A program made the translations under genes and the position numbers. Of a stretch of 64,000 bases of DNA, positions 10,239 through 20,700 are shown piece after piece. Source of the stretch: an uncultured delta proteobacterium (GTDB lineage: Bacteria; Myxococcota_A; Polyangia; Fen-1088); the NCBI GenBank assembly GCA_963796685.1, contig CAWCMR010000006.1:192001-256000 (forward strand). Direction: 5' to 3'. The notes under the pieces were generated by a model, which saw only the letters and a list, made by a program, of their open reading frames with translations, had not been told where the DNA came from and did no database searches. Each line of letters starts with the position of its first letter. Within the stretch, counting starts at the first letter, position 1.

Positions 10239-11411
10239 ATGCGCAACCTTTTCGCCATTGCAATAACCGCAACAACCCTCGGCGTGCTGCCGCTGGCGCC
10301 TAGCGCCGCGCATGCTGAGTCGGACGACCCGACCACAAGCGCCCTGAAGCAGACAGCGCAGCAGGCCTATCTCGAAAAGCGCTTTGACCAGGCCATCGCC
10401 CTCGACCTCGAAATCACGCAACACCCCGAGAGCCAAGTGCGCCGCTACGCCGTGCAGATGTTGGGGACGCTGTACGAAGACAACGTCGTCGATGTCGCCG
10501 CCGCTATTCGCTGGGATCGGGAATTCCTGGAGAAGTACGCCGATGTGCGCCAGGTAGCCTTCTACCGGCAGAAGATCGCCACGCTCGAGCAGGTGCTTCC
10601 GCAGAAGGACGCCTTCGCAACTTACCAAAAGATTCGCTTCGCCAACCAGGGCGACGAGGTGCAGGTGCAGCAGCTCGAGGCCCTGCTGAAGGAACATCCC
10701 GACTTCTTCCTCAAGGACAGGGTCCAGGCGGAGCTGGGCTACGCCTACGCCCGCATGGACAAGCACAAGCAGAGTTATCTCGCGTTCCAGGCGCTGTCAC
10801 AGAGCGGAAAGCCAATGTCGGCCGAGCACATGAAGGCCTACCAGGCGGCCGCCCTGCATTTCAACGAGACCTCGCGCTGGGGCTTCGTCGTGTTGGGCAT
10901 CGTGCTCGGGCTGTGGGGCGTGGTGCTCCTCGGCAAGCCGTGGAGGCGGATCACCCGACGCGCGCTCTGGAAGCTTCTCGCCATTGCTTTGGCCTGGGTT
11001 GCGCTGAACGTGGCCCGCATGCCAGGCTTCTACACCATCGAGACAACGGGCTATCCGGTCGTCATTCCCGACACAGTCGTCTACACAGGCATCGCGCTCA
11101 ACCTGACCGTTATCGTGTGGCTCTTCCTATTGAGACGTGGATCGTTCTGGGGGCGCTGGCCGAAGATCGTGCGCCTCGTCGCCAGCCCGCTTCTCGTGGT
11201 CGTGATGACCACGTCCGTCCTCTATCTGCTCGTGATCCGGCAGCCGAACGGGCCGGAGATCGTCGACGTCTTCCCCATGGTGTACCATCGCTGGGTCGAG
11301 GATATGAGACGCCCCAAAGGTCCGGTCGTGCCCAGCGCCGAAGCGCACGAGAAGAAAGCCGTGGGCGGCCCGCCGACCGTACCGGCCATCGCACATAAGG
11401 GGGAACCATGA
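10239..11411 (+). CDS. Exported TPR-like helical protein with C-terminal 4-TM segment
   Basis: Signal peptide (AHA-E), TPR-like helices (AQQAYLEKRFDQAI, AELGYAYARM), four hydrophobic stretches. Confidence 0.75.
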   Translation: MRNLFAIAITATTLGVLPLAPSAAHAESDDPTTSALKQTAQQAYLEKRFDQAIALDLEITQHPESQVRRYAVQMLGTLYEDNVVDVAAAIRWDREFLEKYADVRQVAFYRQKIATLEQVLPQKDAFATYQKIRFANQGDEVQVQQLEALLKEHPDFFLKDRVQAELGYAYARMDKHKQSYLAFQALSQSGKPMSAEHMKAYQAAALHFNETSRWGFVVLGIVLGLWGVVLLGKPWRRITRRALWKLLAIALAWVALNVARMPGFYTIETTGYPVVIPDTVVYTGIALNLTVIVWLFLLRRGSFWGRWPKIVRLVASPLLVVVMTTSVLYLLVIRQPNGPEIVDVFPMVYHRWVEDMRRPKGPVVPSAEAHEKKAVGGPPTVPAIAHKGEP

Positions 11412-11620
11412 CGGGAAAAATCCTGAAAGTGAAGACCGGCTACAACCCGAACTCCAGCAGCATCGGGGTCGACATGGTCGCCTTCTTCACCATTGGTGCG
11501 GGAATGACGGTGCTCTTCAACCTTATCGCGACCTTCATTGACGGCATCCACGGCAAGCAGCGACCGGGCGAGGCCGAGCAAGGCAAGACGGAAGCGACGA
11601 CGGAGGCGAAACCGGCATGA
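11408..11620 (+). CDS. 70-aa single-TM peptide with N-terminal KVKTGYNPNSSS motif; candidate radical SAM substrate
   Basis: ATGA overlaps with both neighbours (11408-11411, 11617-11620); AAGGGGG RBS; one hydrophobic helix. Confidence 0.75.
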   Translation: MTGKILKVKTGYNPNSSSIGVDMVAFFTIGAGMTVLFNLIATFIDGIHGKQRPGEAEQGKTEATTEAKPA

Positions 11621-12771
11621 GCGCGATCCGACATCGCTTCGAGTCCTTCGGCGGCATCCTGGCCATGGAAGATCCGCCGATGCTCGTACACGTGGACCGC
11701 GACTTCATGCGCAGCCTGGGCCATTCGGCCTGCTCGGCCTGGGAAGAACCGGAGACGCGGCTCCTCAGCGCACCGCTGGAGGTTCACCTTGCGGTGACCA
11801 ACACCTGCTCGCAGCGCTGCGGCCACTGCTACATGGACTCGGGGCCAAGCGACGCTGGCGAGCTGTCGTCGGCGGAGCTCCGGCGAGCCATCGACCTGCT
11901 CGCGGACATGGGCGTGTTCCACGTTGCGCTCGGGGGCGGAGAGGCCCTGGAGCGGCCCGACTTCTTCGAGCTCGCCGCCTATGCGCGCGACCGCGGCATG
12001 GTCCCCAACTTGACCACCAATGGAGCTCTTCTGACCCGCGAGACGGCCGAGCGATGCCGTATCTTTGGTCAGGTCAACGTCAGCATCGACTCCCTCGATT
12101 CCCTCGATGGGGGCGCGCAGGCCGCGCGGCTCCGCGCGGTGGACCTTTTGCGGGAAGCTGGGATCCGCGTCGGGATCAATTGCGTCGTGACCCGAGAAGG
12201 CCTCGATGGCCTGGCGAACCTCATCGCGTTCGCGAAGGAGCGAGGGCTTGTCGACGTGGAGCTCCTCCGGCTCAAGCCCTCGGGCCGCGGGAAAAAGGAC
12301 TACTTCGAGCAGCGACTGACCCGGGCTCAGAACGAGAATTTCTTCCCGTTCATCCGGGACCTGTCCTTGAAGCACGGCGGCTTCCCGGTGAAGATCGACT
12401 GTTCGTTCGTTCCGATGTTCTGCTGGCACCGACCGGACAAGAGCCTCATGGAAAAGTTCTCGGTCTACGGGTGCGAGGCCGGCAATGTCCTTCTCGGGGT
12501 GCGTTCCGACGGCAGGTTTGCCGGCTGCTCCTTTCTGTCGGGCGAGGAATCCATCTTCGACTTGCCGGAGCTTTGGCGGACCTCGAAGCACCTCGGCCGC
12601 CTGCGTGGCTTCATCGAGCGCGCGCCGGAGCCGTGTCGCTCCTGCGACTACTTGGATATCTGCAAGGGGGGCTGCCGCGCGGTGGCCGCCTTCGTCGCTG
12701 GCGATGCCTTCGCTCCGGATCCCGAGTGTCCGTTCGCGGTGACGATGAGCGAGCGCAGCGTGGGATCGTGA
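11617..12771 (+). CDS. Radical SAM enzyme with SPASM domain
   Basis: CSQRCGHC (CxxxCxxC), GGGEA, TTNG, SID, SPASM cysteines CEAG...GCSF...CRSCDYLDICKGGCRA...DPECP. Confidence 0.93.
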   Translation: MSAIRHRFESFGGILAMEDPPMLVHVDRDFMRSLGHSACSAWEEPETRLLSAPLEVHLAVTNTCSQRCGHCYMDSGPSDAGELSSAELRRAIDLLADMGVFHVALGGGEALERPDFFELAAYARDRGMVPNLTTNGALLTRETAERCRIFGQVNVSIDSLDSLDGGAQAARLRAVDLLREAGIRVGINCVVTREGLDGLANLIAFAKERGLVDVELLRLKPSGRGKKDYFEQRLTRAQNENFFPFIRDLSLKHGGFPVKIDCSFVPMFCWHRPDKSLMEKFSVYGCEAGNVLLGVRSDGRFAGCSFLSGEESIFDLPELWRTSKHLGRLRGFIERAPEPCRSCDYLDICKGGCRAVAAFVAGDAFAPDPECPFAVTMSERSVGS

Positions 12772-12773
12772 GC

Positions 12774-14039
12774 ATGCGCAGACGACTGGTTGCGGCCTTT
12801 CTGGCAGCGGTAGCGCTGACGGGAGGCGCGCCAGCATTCGCACACGATTTGCCGATGGGAGGATCGCGCTGGTCCTTCGGTCGGAACCGGATCGTCGCCA
12901 ACATCGACCTCGGCCCCTCGCTGCTGCAGTCGATCAAGGGCATCCATGAGGGGGGCTATCCAGTCGGCAGCCTGTCGGACGAGCAGATGCACCAAGTGGC
13001 GATCGAAATCCTCCAGCCGTATCTCGATGAGAAGCTGTCGGTCACCGAGGACGGCAAGGCGTACCCGGTGAAGGTCGATAGGCTGGTGAATAGCGGGAAC
13101 GTCTACACGATCTGGATCTCGGTCGAGCGGATCCCGCTCGACCTTGGGCGGCCCGTCACCATCGATTACAAGCTGCTCTTCGACGAGACCCAGAACGCGC
13201 ACCTGAACCTCGCCTACGGATACGTGTCCGAAGCCACCGGAGACGCTCTGAAGTCGGTGTTCGACTACTCACCACCCGCGATGCAGTACACGTTCGAGTC
13301 GTCCGCGCACACTTGGACGGTGATCCCGCCGGACATTGCAAAGACCGGGGCGGCGAGCACTGCTATCCCGTCGAGAGGTCGGCCCAGCGTCACGCTGCCC
13401 GGAGCAAAGGCGGGCACGTCGGCGACCGCGCAGGCGCCGACGCCGATATCGCCTCGCTCGGGGTGGAGGGAGATCCTCGCCAATGTCGGACGCTTCGTGC
13501 TGCTCGGCATCGAGCACATCCTGACCGGGTACGACCACATCGCATTCCTCTTGGCGCTCGTGCTCGTCGCGCCGTCGTTCAAGGCCGTCCTGCCCATCAT
13601 CACCGCCTTCACGGCAGCCCACAGCATCACGCTGCTGTTGGCGGCCCTGGGCGTGGTCAGGCTTGATTCCAGGCTGGTCGAGTCGGCCATCGCGGTCTCC
13701 ATCTGCTACGTCGCCGTCGAAAACCTGTTTCGGAAGAAAATCACACACCGTTGGCTCGTGACTTTCTGCTTCGGGCTCGTCCACGGCTTCGGGTTCGCGA
13801 GCGTCCTGCAGACCCTGATCGTCGGCAGGGCGAATCTCGTCAGCTCGGTCGTCTCGTTCAACGTCGGCGTGGAGCTCGGGCAGCTCATGATCTTCGCCGC
13901 GTTGCTCCCATTGCTGCGCCTCCTCGCCGCGCTCATCGCGCCCCGGAAGATCACCATCGCCGCCTCGGCCGCCATCGGCCTGCTGGGCTTCATCTGGGTC
14001 CTCGAGCGGGGCTTCGACTTGAAGTTCCTGTGGCTGTGA
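12774..14039 (+). CDS. HupE/UreJ-family membrane protein with exported N-terminal domain
   Basis: Signal peptide ending AFA-H; LGIEHILTGYDHIAF, TAFTAAHSITL, FGLVHGFGFA, FNVGVELGQ. Confidence 0.9.
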   Translation: MRRRLVAAFLAAVALTGGAPAFAHDLPMGGSRWSFGRNRIVANIDLGPSLLQSIKGIHEGGYPVGSLSDEQMHQVAIEILQPYLDEKLSVTEDGKAYPVKVDRLVNSGNVYTIWISVERIPLDLGRPVTIDYKLLFDETQNAHLNLAYGYVSEATGDALKSVFDYSPPAMQYTFESSAHTWTVIPPDIAKTGAASTAIPSRGRPSVTLPGAKAGTSATAQAPTPISPRSGWREILANVGRFVLLGIEHILTGYDHIAFLLALVLVAPSFKAVLPIITAFTAAHSITLLLAALGVVRLDSRLVESAIAVSICYVAVENLFRKKITHRWLVTFCFGLVHGFGFASVLQTLIVGRANLVSSVVSFNVGVELGQLMIFAALLPLLRLLAALIAPRKITIAASAAIGLLGFIWVLERGFDLKFLWL

Positions 14040-14082
14040 GCTGGCGATCGACATCTGCTGTTTATCTGATATGCTCATTGGC

Positions 14083-14538
14083 ATGAGCGCTCACGCCGAA
14101 ACCCTGACCGACTTTCTCCGCCAGCCGAAGCCTATCCTGAAGAAGCTGGCTAGGGAGGATGTTGTCCTGCACCGGCGTGGGGCTGTGGCCCTCCGTCTAT
14201 CCTTGGACACACGATCCTCCGCATCTTCTGCAGGCACCGAGATTGCGGCCAGTCTGCTTGCGGACCTGGTGAATGTTCCTCAGGTTCCGGATTCCCTGGG
14301 CATCCTCCTGGCAGCCCGCTTCCCTTGGATGAAGTTTCTATCCAAGGACGCCAAGCAGGCGTTCGTGTACGAGTTCATCGAGACCGTGCAGGCGTGTGCC
14401 GCCGTTGGAAACAGCGCCGCACTGAACGAGGTCGTTCACGCCTGGAAATCCACGGCTGCGATCTATGCAGACCCCAAGCTGGCGGCGGACCTGAGCCGTT
14501 CCCTTCTCGGTACCCGGGCCAAGGTTCCACGTCCCTGA
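14083..14538 (+). CDS. Putative type II antitoxin (Phd-like N-terminus)
   Basis: LTDFLRQPK..L...DVVLHRR, FPWMKFL, AWKSTAAIYADP; stop overlaps the toxin ATG. Confidence 0.65.
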   Translation: MSAHAETLTDFLRQPKPILKKLAREDVVLHRRGAVALRLSLDTRSSASSAGTEIAASLLADLVNVPQVPDSLGILLAARFPWMKFLSKDAKQAFVYEFIETVQACAAVGNSAALNEVVHAWKSTAAIYADPKLAADLSRSLLGTRAKVPRP

Positions 14539-14888
14539 TGGCCAAGCGTGGCGAACGAGTGGCCCCGCCTCCGCGAAGGGGCGAATGGGAACTGCGGTTT
14601 GGTGAATCCGAAGCGGCAGCCGGGTGGGAAGAGCTGTGCCGTCAGGCACCAGGCCCCCTTCGTGAAGCCTGGGATGTTCTGTCCCGAGATCCTCGCGGCA
14701 GGACCAACCCCGACAGGCAGCATAGGTTGCGTAGCGACCTGGGCATCCGAACCATCAAGGGCAAGGTGCTTGAGCAGTGGCAATACGAGGTCACCGGCGC
14801 TGGAAGAATCTGGTACTGCCCGGATGATGCTCTCCACGTCGTGTTCATCACGAAGGCAAGCACTGGCCATCCCGGCGAGACCGACTGA
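14538..14888 (+). CDS. Putative type II toxin, RelE-like
   Basis: RVAPPP..EWELRF, RQHRL, QWQYEVTGAGRIWY, HPGETD; translationally coupled to the antitoxin. Confidence 0.65.
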   Translation: MAKRGERVAPPPRRGEWELRFGESEAAAGWEELCRQAPGPLREAWDVLSRDPRGRTNPDRQHRLRSDLGIRTIKGKVLEQWQYEVTGAGRIWYCPDDALHVVFITKASTGHPGETD

Positions 14889-15098
14889 CGTCCGCAAAGG
14901 AACCACGATCGTCGTGACCCTCGCGCGCGTCGTCCGTGGCCCAGCAGGATCTCCTGGTCGATCCTCCGAGCTGAGAGTCGCCAGCTCCTCGGCGAGCTCT
15001 TCGATGTGAGCGTCTTGGGTGCGCGATTTCTCTAAATCCCTCTACCCAGGGCCCTCGATCCGGTACAGTCTCGGGAAACGGAAGGAAGTCGAAAGACC

Positions 15099-15929
15099 AT
15101 GCCCGCTATGTCAGCCTTTCCAAAAGGCTTCCACCATGTTCCGAAAGCCTTGGCTCAGTGCCGCCGGGCGCTCTGGCTGCTCCTTACGACCGGATGTGGC
15201 TTCCAGACCGCTCTCGACGTGCCCGGTACGGCCCCGTCGGTCAGCATGGGTGGGGCTGGTGGTGGCGGGCTTATAAGTTCCGGCGGAGCAATTCTCACGG
15301 GTGGTGTGGTAGGCACTGCGGGCGTTGTCGGCAACGGTGGGACGAGCGGCGAATCCGGAGGGACCGGTAGCTCCCCGGCGAGCAGCGGCTGCGCCATGGA
15401 CGCGAATCATCCCGGCTACCTCCACTGCGGCCCGTGGAACGGTTACGCCTGGGCTCTCGCCACAGAGCCCGACCAGGGCAGCAGTATATCTCCCTCCAAT
15501 TTCGCGTCCGCTAGCGGGCTACCGTTTTGCGCCAGGGGGGTGCTGGCTCGTGATGACAGCGCGGTCGGTTTGCTCGGCTTCAATGTCAATCAAAGCATGA
15601 ACGGGGACGTGAATCAGTCCCCGGGAACATGGGCGGTCACTGGCAAGGGCCTCAAGTATGAGGTCAGCAATCCAGGGGGCTCGCCGCTCAGAATTCAAAT
15701 CCAAGGCGCGAAGGGCTGGCCTGACGAAACCTGGTGCGCGGACATCTCCGGCTCATCAAGCAGCGGCTCTGTCCCCTGGTCGACCTTCAACACAATGTGC
15801 TGGGCGCCCAGCGGACCCCCAGGTTATGACGGCCAGACCCCACTCGAACAAGTCATGCTTCTGGTTCCCGGAATCAATGGGACCGAACAACCATTCAACG
15901 TCTGCCTCATCGGTCTTTACCCCTACTGA
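15099..15929 (+). CDS. Hypothetical lipoprotein with Gly-rich linker and Cys/Trp-rich (carbohydrate-binding-like) domain
   Basis: LLLTTGC lipobox-like; GG-rich linker typical of myxobacterial lipoproteins; start uncertain. Confidence 0.6.
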   Translation: MPAMSAFPKGFHHVPKALAQCRRALWLLLTTGCGFQTALDVPGTAPSVSMGGAGGGGLISSGGAILTGGVVGTAGVVGNGGTSGESGGTGSSPASSGCAMDANHPGYLHCGPWNGYAWALATEPDQGSSISPSNFASASGLPFCARGVLARDDSAVGLLGFNVNQSMNGDVNQSPGTWAVTGKGLKYEVSNPGGSPLRIQIQGAKGWPDETWCADISGSSSSGSVPWSTFNTMCWAPSGPPGYDGQTPLEQVMLLVPGINGTEQPFNVCLIGLYPY

Positions 15930-16218
15930 CGCGGTCGCCAGCCACGGACCGAAGCCCGTGCGATGTGCAAGCACGACGTTCGGCCCGGGGCGCGAGGCAC
16001 GGGCAGCCTTCATCTTCTTCGCCCATTTGGCGACGTCGTGTACTTCTTCGTGGTGAAGGTGTCGTACACGGCTTGGGCCAGCTTGGCTATAGTCTCCTCG
16101 CGCGTTCGGCAAAGAGAAGCGGCCAACGTCGTTGGCGGCGTCGGTTCTGCTGTCTTGGGTGCGCGAGCTTCCGCTCTTGGGTTTGCAGCGATTCCTGAAT
16201 GGGGCCATCATCATCCAC

Positions 16219-16872
16219 ATGGTCGCAGGGCTCTGCATCGTGCTCTCGTGCGTATTCGCGCTTAGCTCGTGCCATTCCGAAGGACTGAGAGTGCCGACCG
16301 CTCACGACGCCGGCTTGGGTACCAACGCCAACGGCGGCCAGGCGGGTCACGTTGGCCTGACCGCGAGCGATGCGAGCGCGAGCGGCGGGACCACGCGCGA
16401 CACCAGCGGGAGCGGCGGGATCACGAGCGATGCGAGCGCGAGCGGCGGCATCACGCGCGACGCCAGCGGCCGCGTGAACGTCACCTTCAACTACTCGCCC
16501 CCTTCCTTCATCGGCGTTGATTGCACGGAAAACTCGCCACGCGACCCGGTGGATGTCGGTCTCAACGTCGTCTTCAGTCCCCCCGAAGGGGAATCGCCCG
16601 ATTCGGTCACCTTCCCAGCGGCGCGCATCGAGTTCACGAACACGTCGAACGCATTGACCTGGACTTTCGAGGTCATGACCGAGCCTCTCATAGTGGGCCC
16701 GCCGCTCGTGGACAAAAGCCTGTGGAAGGTTGCCGACTCGGGCTTGGGTCAAGGGAGCGGCGTTCCGTGCGACTACTGCGACACCATGGCCGAGCTCGAT
16801 TTGCAAGTGGTGAGTCCCGCCCAGACTCCCTATTGGGCGACGGGATTGTCGCCGGTGCAGTGTCAGAGGTAG
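16219..16872 (+). CDS. Hypothetical lipoprotein with internal 10-aa repeats
   Basis: MVAGLCIVLSCVFALSSC lipobox; repeats SDASASGGTT/RDTSGSGGIT. Confidence 0.55.
   Translation: MVAGLCIVLSCVFALSSCHSEGLRVPTAHDAGLGTNANGGQAGHVGLTASDASASGGTTRDTSGSGGITSDASASGGITRDASGRVNVTFNYSPPSFIGVDCTENSPRDPVDVGLNVVFSPPEGESPDSVTFPAARIEFTNTSNALTWTFEVMTEPLIVGPPLVDKSLWKVADSGLGQGSGVPCDYCDTMAELDLQVVSPAQTPYWATGLSPVQCQR
16362..16470 (+). repeat. Coding tandem repeat, 30-bp unit, about 3.6 copies
   Basis: cgagcgatgcgagcgcgagcggcgg recurs at 60-bp period, alternating with cgcgcgac(a/g)ccagcgg. Confidence 0.8.
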
Positions 16873-17019
16873 GCGAGGATCGAGGAGGTATGAAGTCCTG
16901 GATCTCGGTGAGGCGCGTGGCAGATAGCCCGAAAGCCCGCACCGAAGCCGTTTTGCCGCGCCAGAGCGATTTCGCGCGGCACCCCCTAGCTCGGCAAAAG
17001 TGTGGCAAGCTAGGGAGCG

Positions 17020-17253
17020 ATGGCAACGTACGAGTGCATCTCTGTGGACCCGGCGCAGATGGGCGGTACTCCCCGTATCAGGCGCCTGTGTATCCCGGTG
17101 GCCACGGTCGTTGGAATGGCGGCTGAGGGAATGGCGACCGACGAGATTCTGGCCGCCTATCCCGACCTCGAACGCGAGGACATCGCCGAGTCCTTGCGCT
17201 ACGCAGCCGAGGCCGTCCGAGAACGAGACCTGCCACTTCGGACCGTCGCCTGA
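17020..17253 (+). CDS. DUF433-family antitoxin-like protein (orphan)
   Basis: ISVDPAQMGGTPRIR..IPVATVV....EGM..DEILAAYPDLEREDI; GGGAG RBS; no downstream PIN toxin ORF. Confidence 0.85.
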   Translation: MATYECISVDPAQMGGTPRIRRLCIPVATVVGMAAEGMATDEILAAYPDLEREDIAESLRYAAEAVRERDLPLRTVA

Positions 17254-17352
17254 CATGAACTACCCTCGGAGAGGATCAGCTCCCCATCTCGGGAAACTCG
17301 CCACGCATCGATTCGGTGGGCAAGACGTTGATATGAAACCCTGCCCTGAAAA

Positions 17353-17409
17353 CACCTCGCCCCGCGCAGCGGGGAGAGGTCGCCGAGCGCAGCAAGGCGG
17401 GTGAGGGGC
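17353..17409. repeat. 57-bp REP-like palindromic repeat, intergenic copy
   Basis: CACCTCGCCCCGCGCAGCGGGGAGAGGTCG...GGGTGAGGGGC; second copy in opposite orientation at 22876-22932. Confidence 0.8.
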
Positions 17410-17744
17410 TGCCACGTTTCATGCCTGAAGGATCCGGCCATTGGCCCGGTGGAGGCAGGAGCTCTTTGGTGTCCATGGTCGAGCATGTATTTCGCCCAAA
17501 CCCACCCTGCCGCCTTCCCCAGGCCCCCCGGTGCACCGCCCGTTCACGACTGCTGCCCACCCCGCCAGACCCTCCCCACCGGAAGGCGGGTCTTGGTCAG
17601 AATACAATGGCTTGCGTCGTCGACCTTCGCGAGCTTCTCGGCAGACACCCCAAACTCATAGGCTTGGTCCAAACTCGATGAGCACCCTCGTCCGAAGAAT
17701 CCCTCTCCCAAAAGACGGGCATATTCGGCACCATCTCCGGCATA

Positions 17745-20700
17745 TTGAGCGTCGCGTCGGCATTCGTCTCCCAGATCGGGGCACTGGCCGCCGTTCCCGC
17801 GTTTGTCAAGGTACTAGTGCCGGTGATCTGCGCAATACTCGCAGTCATCCTGGTGTGGTTCTCGCTGCCCTTGCCGTCGAGGCTCTTGCAGCCCGAACGC
17901 TTCCGTCTTTTGTCGCGCGTTCCGACAGATCTCGTTGGACGAGACGAGGACATCGAGAGACTGGTAAGGAACTGCAGCCAGCATGTTCTGACGTTCCTGG
18001 TCGGCGAATCAGGCGCCGGGAAAACCGCCCTCGTTCAAGCAGGTTTGGTTCCCGCGTTGTCTGGTCAACGCCAGAACGCCGCAGGAAACGCACGGTTTGT
18101 GCCTCTGAGCATCGACCTGTCCTCAGTTCCTTGGGAGCGTGGCCTGCATCAAGCTGTTGCAGACAGCCTATGCCGACTTGAGCAGCGAGATCTCGACAGT
18201 CTGAAAGCAACCGCTCCGGTGGGGAACTTCGACGCTTGGTCGTGGATCAGGGAGCTACCTGCTCGCACGCCCAAGCGCCTCCTTCTGATCTTCGACCAAT
18301 TTGATGACTACCTATCTGCGCACCGCGAGCGGTTCTATGAAGGCACAACACTCCGGCGCGCTTCGGAAATAGCAACAGACGGGGATTGGCGTGAGGTTCA
18401 GAGCCTACTCCGCGACGAGGAGATCCACCTCATCGTCATTGCCCGATCCGATGTCGGCGCCGCTCTTTCGGCGCTTCAATTTGTGGACGAGAGCAAGTTC
18501 ACCCATCAGGAGCTTCATTCAATCAAGACAGGCCTCATCTCACCGCTCCTTGAGCGAATAGCACTGGCACCCGACCAATCGCCTGTCATTGAGAATCCAG
18601 AGTTTGGGTGGATGGCACTGCAGCACCGAATTCTTCGGGACATTCAGGATGAACGCGGCGAGGTGCTTCCGATCCGACTGGCTGTGGCTCTCAGCGGTTT
18701 GCGCTTCACTCGTCGCCACCTGCTAACGCTGCGCGAATACGAACGACTCGGTGGGCTCAGCGGACTCGAGAAGCAGCATATTCAGCGTGTGGTCGAGTCG
18801 GCGGGCAGGGTGGCAAACATACCTAAGGATGATATCTTGGAAGGCATTAGGAGCCTATTGGTGGCTCCCGACGGCAACAAGGCAACTTCCTGTAGTAAGC
18901 AGGATTTTGCAACGGCCCTCCGCCAGCGGTCCGCATCGGGTTCTGCGGAAGAAGCCGTGAGGATCCTCCTTGAGGAACTAATGCTTCGCACCAGCGCCTC
19001 AAGCGACAAGGATGATCCCAGGCTCCTGCTGTACCACGACTACCTCGCACGTCCCCTGCGGGATGCTCAGGGTGAGGCAACGAAGTGGGACGACTTCGTC
19101 TGCAAGAGGAACCAACAGCTTGCAGACGCAACCGGGCTTGAATGGTGGCGTGCACTGCTTTCAATGGGCGAGCAGCTCAAGTTGGTCGGCCATATTCTGG
19201 CACGACGAGTATCGCTCACATCCGCCGGAAGCCTGATCGCCAAGAGCTTTCTTCGTTGGATTCCAGCCGGCATACTCGTTGCGCTTGCTGGTCTGGGCGC
19301 CTGGCAATACTCCGTCTACCGAAATCAAATGATGGTGAGGGAGACCATGAAGGCCATCGGGCACGGCGAGCTTACGGAGGAGGAGGCTCGCGATCTCAAG
19401 CACCTCTGGACTGGCGACAGAGGTCTGCTTACATTGGCCCTCCAACTCGCGGATGACGTCGTAGTGGCGAAGAGGGCAGCAACCCGCGCACAGTACATTG
19501 CCCAAGTCGCTGTGGGCCTCGACGTTACTGGCCGGAGGTCGGACAAGCTCGCCGAAAACATTCTGCTTCCTGCTCTGACAACAGGGAGACCCGGTCAAGT
19601 CCTGATGGCCTCGGCGATTGTGGCTTCAGACCAGCTACGGCTTCTCGATTCCACGTCAACCAAACTCGCGCAGGCCATCGTGGAGCAGTTGAAGGACGCT
19701 TCCCAGGACACCCTTCCTTCGTTGGTTAGTGCCCTCGGCAAGGTCCCGGCACGGATAGATGCCGACCGGTCTTTGATGACCACGAGCTCGCTACTCGATC
19801 GACTGCTGGCTGGAACGCCCTCACCAGAGGAGGATTTCAGGGTATCTGAGGCAGTCTCCGCGATTGCACCGCGGTTAGATTCCCCCACCGGTATTCAGAT
19901 CTTGAGCACCTATCTGCCCAGGTTGCTGGCGCAGAGGGATCCTGCGAGCATCTGTAGAACGGCGCAAGCATTGGCGAGAATCGCAACAGCGATTCCCGGA
20001 CGTGAGCGCGCACGACTCGCCCCGCCTGTTTGGGAGAGGGTCCGAGACGTGACGAACTGGCCGAATGTTGTTTCCTGTCTTGGTGTGCTGGCGACCACGC
20101 TGACCGCAGACGAGTCCAGCACGGACGCGTCTGAGATCGCTACGCAGTTGCTTGCGCGACTAGAAAGTGACGGCGACAGTCACACCCAATCCAGCTTGGC
20201 TGGCGCGGTTGCTTCTTTGAAACCGCATCTTGAGAGTCGGGAAGTCCTTCGCGCAGCCAGGGCCGTGTTGGGACGGATGCGACAGGAATCGAACACGCTT
20301 TTCGGTGGAGGCGCGTTGGAGGCGTTGTCGCGGTTGCTGAGCAACGACGACGCTCAGCGCCTTGCAGACGAAGTGCTTGAGCTGATGAAGACATTTCCGC
20401 CCAGCGATGCGCAGGCTATCCAGGATCTCGGTCGGACCTTGGTGGAACTGGCACCCCGCCTCGACAGCCAAGCCGATTTGCGGCTGGCAAGACAGCTCTT
20501 GACCCTGGCTGAGCGTGCGAACGAGCTACAGGCAACGTCATTTCTGATGCTCACGACTCAGCTCATTCCCAGTCTGGATGTCGCAAACGCCGCAGACTTG
20601 GCTCGTGATCTCCTAGCATGGACAACGGCCAGGAAGGAGCAAACATTCTTCTGGGAGGACACCGGGCGCGCGCTATGCCTCCTGTGCGAAAAGCTCAAGG

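Noticed and set aside
7278-10766. 1162-aa minus-strand ORF, and similar long antisense ORFs at 2109-4118, 49803-53333, 55741-57750 and 58123-60597
   Set aside because: Shadow ORFs opposite well-supported genes, expected from high-GC codon bias; no domain motifs.
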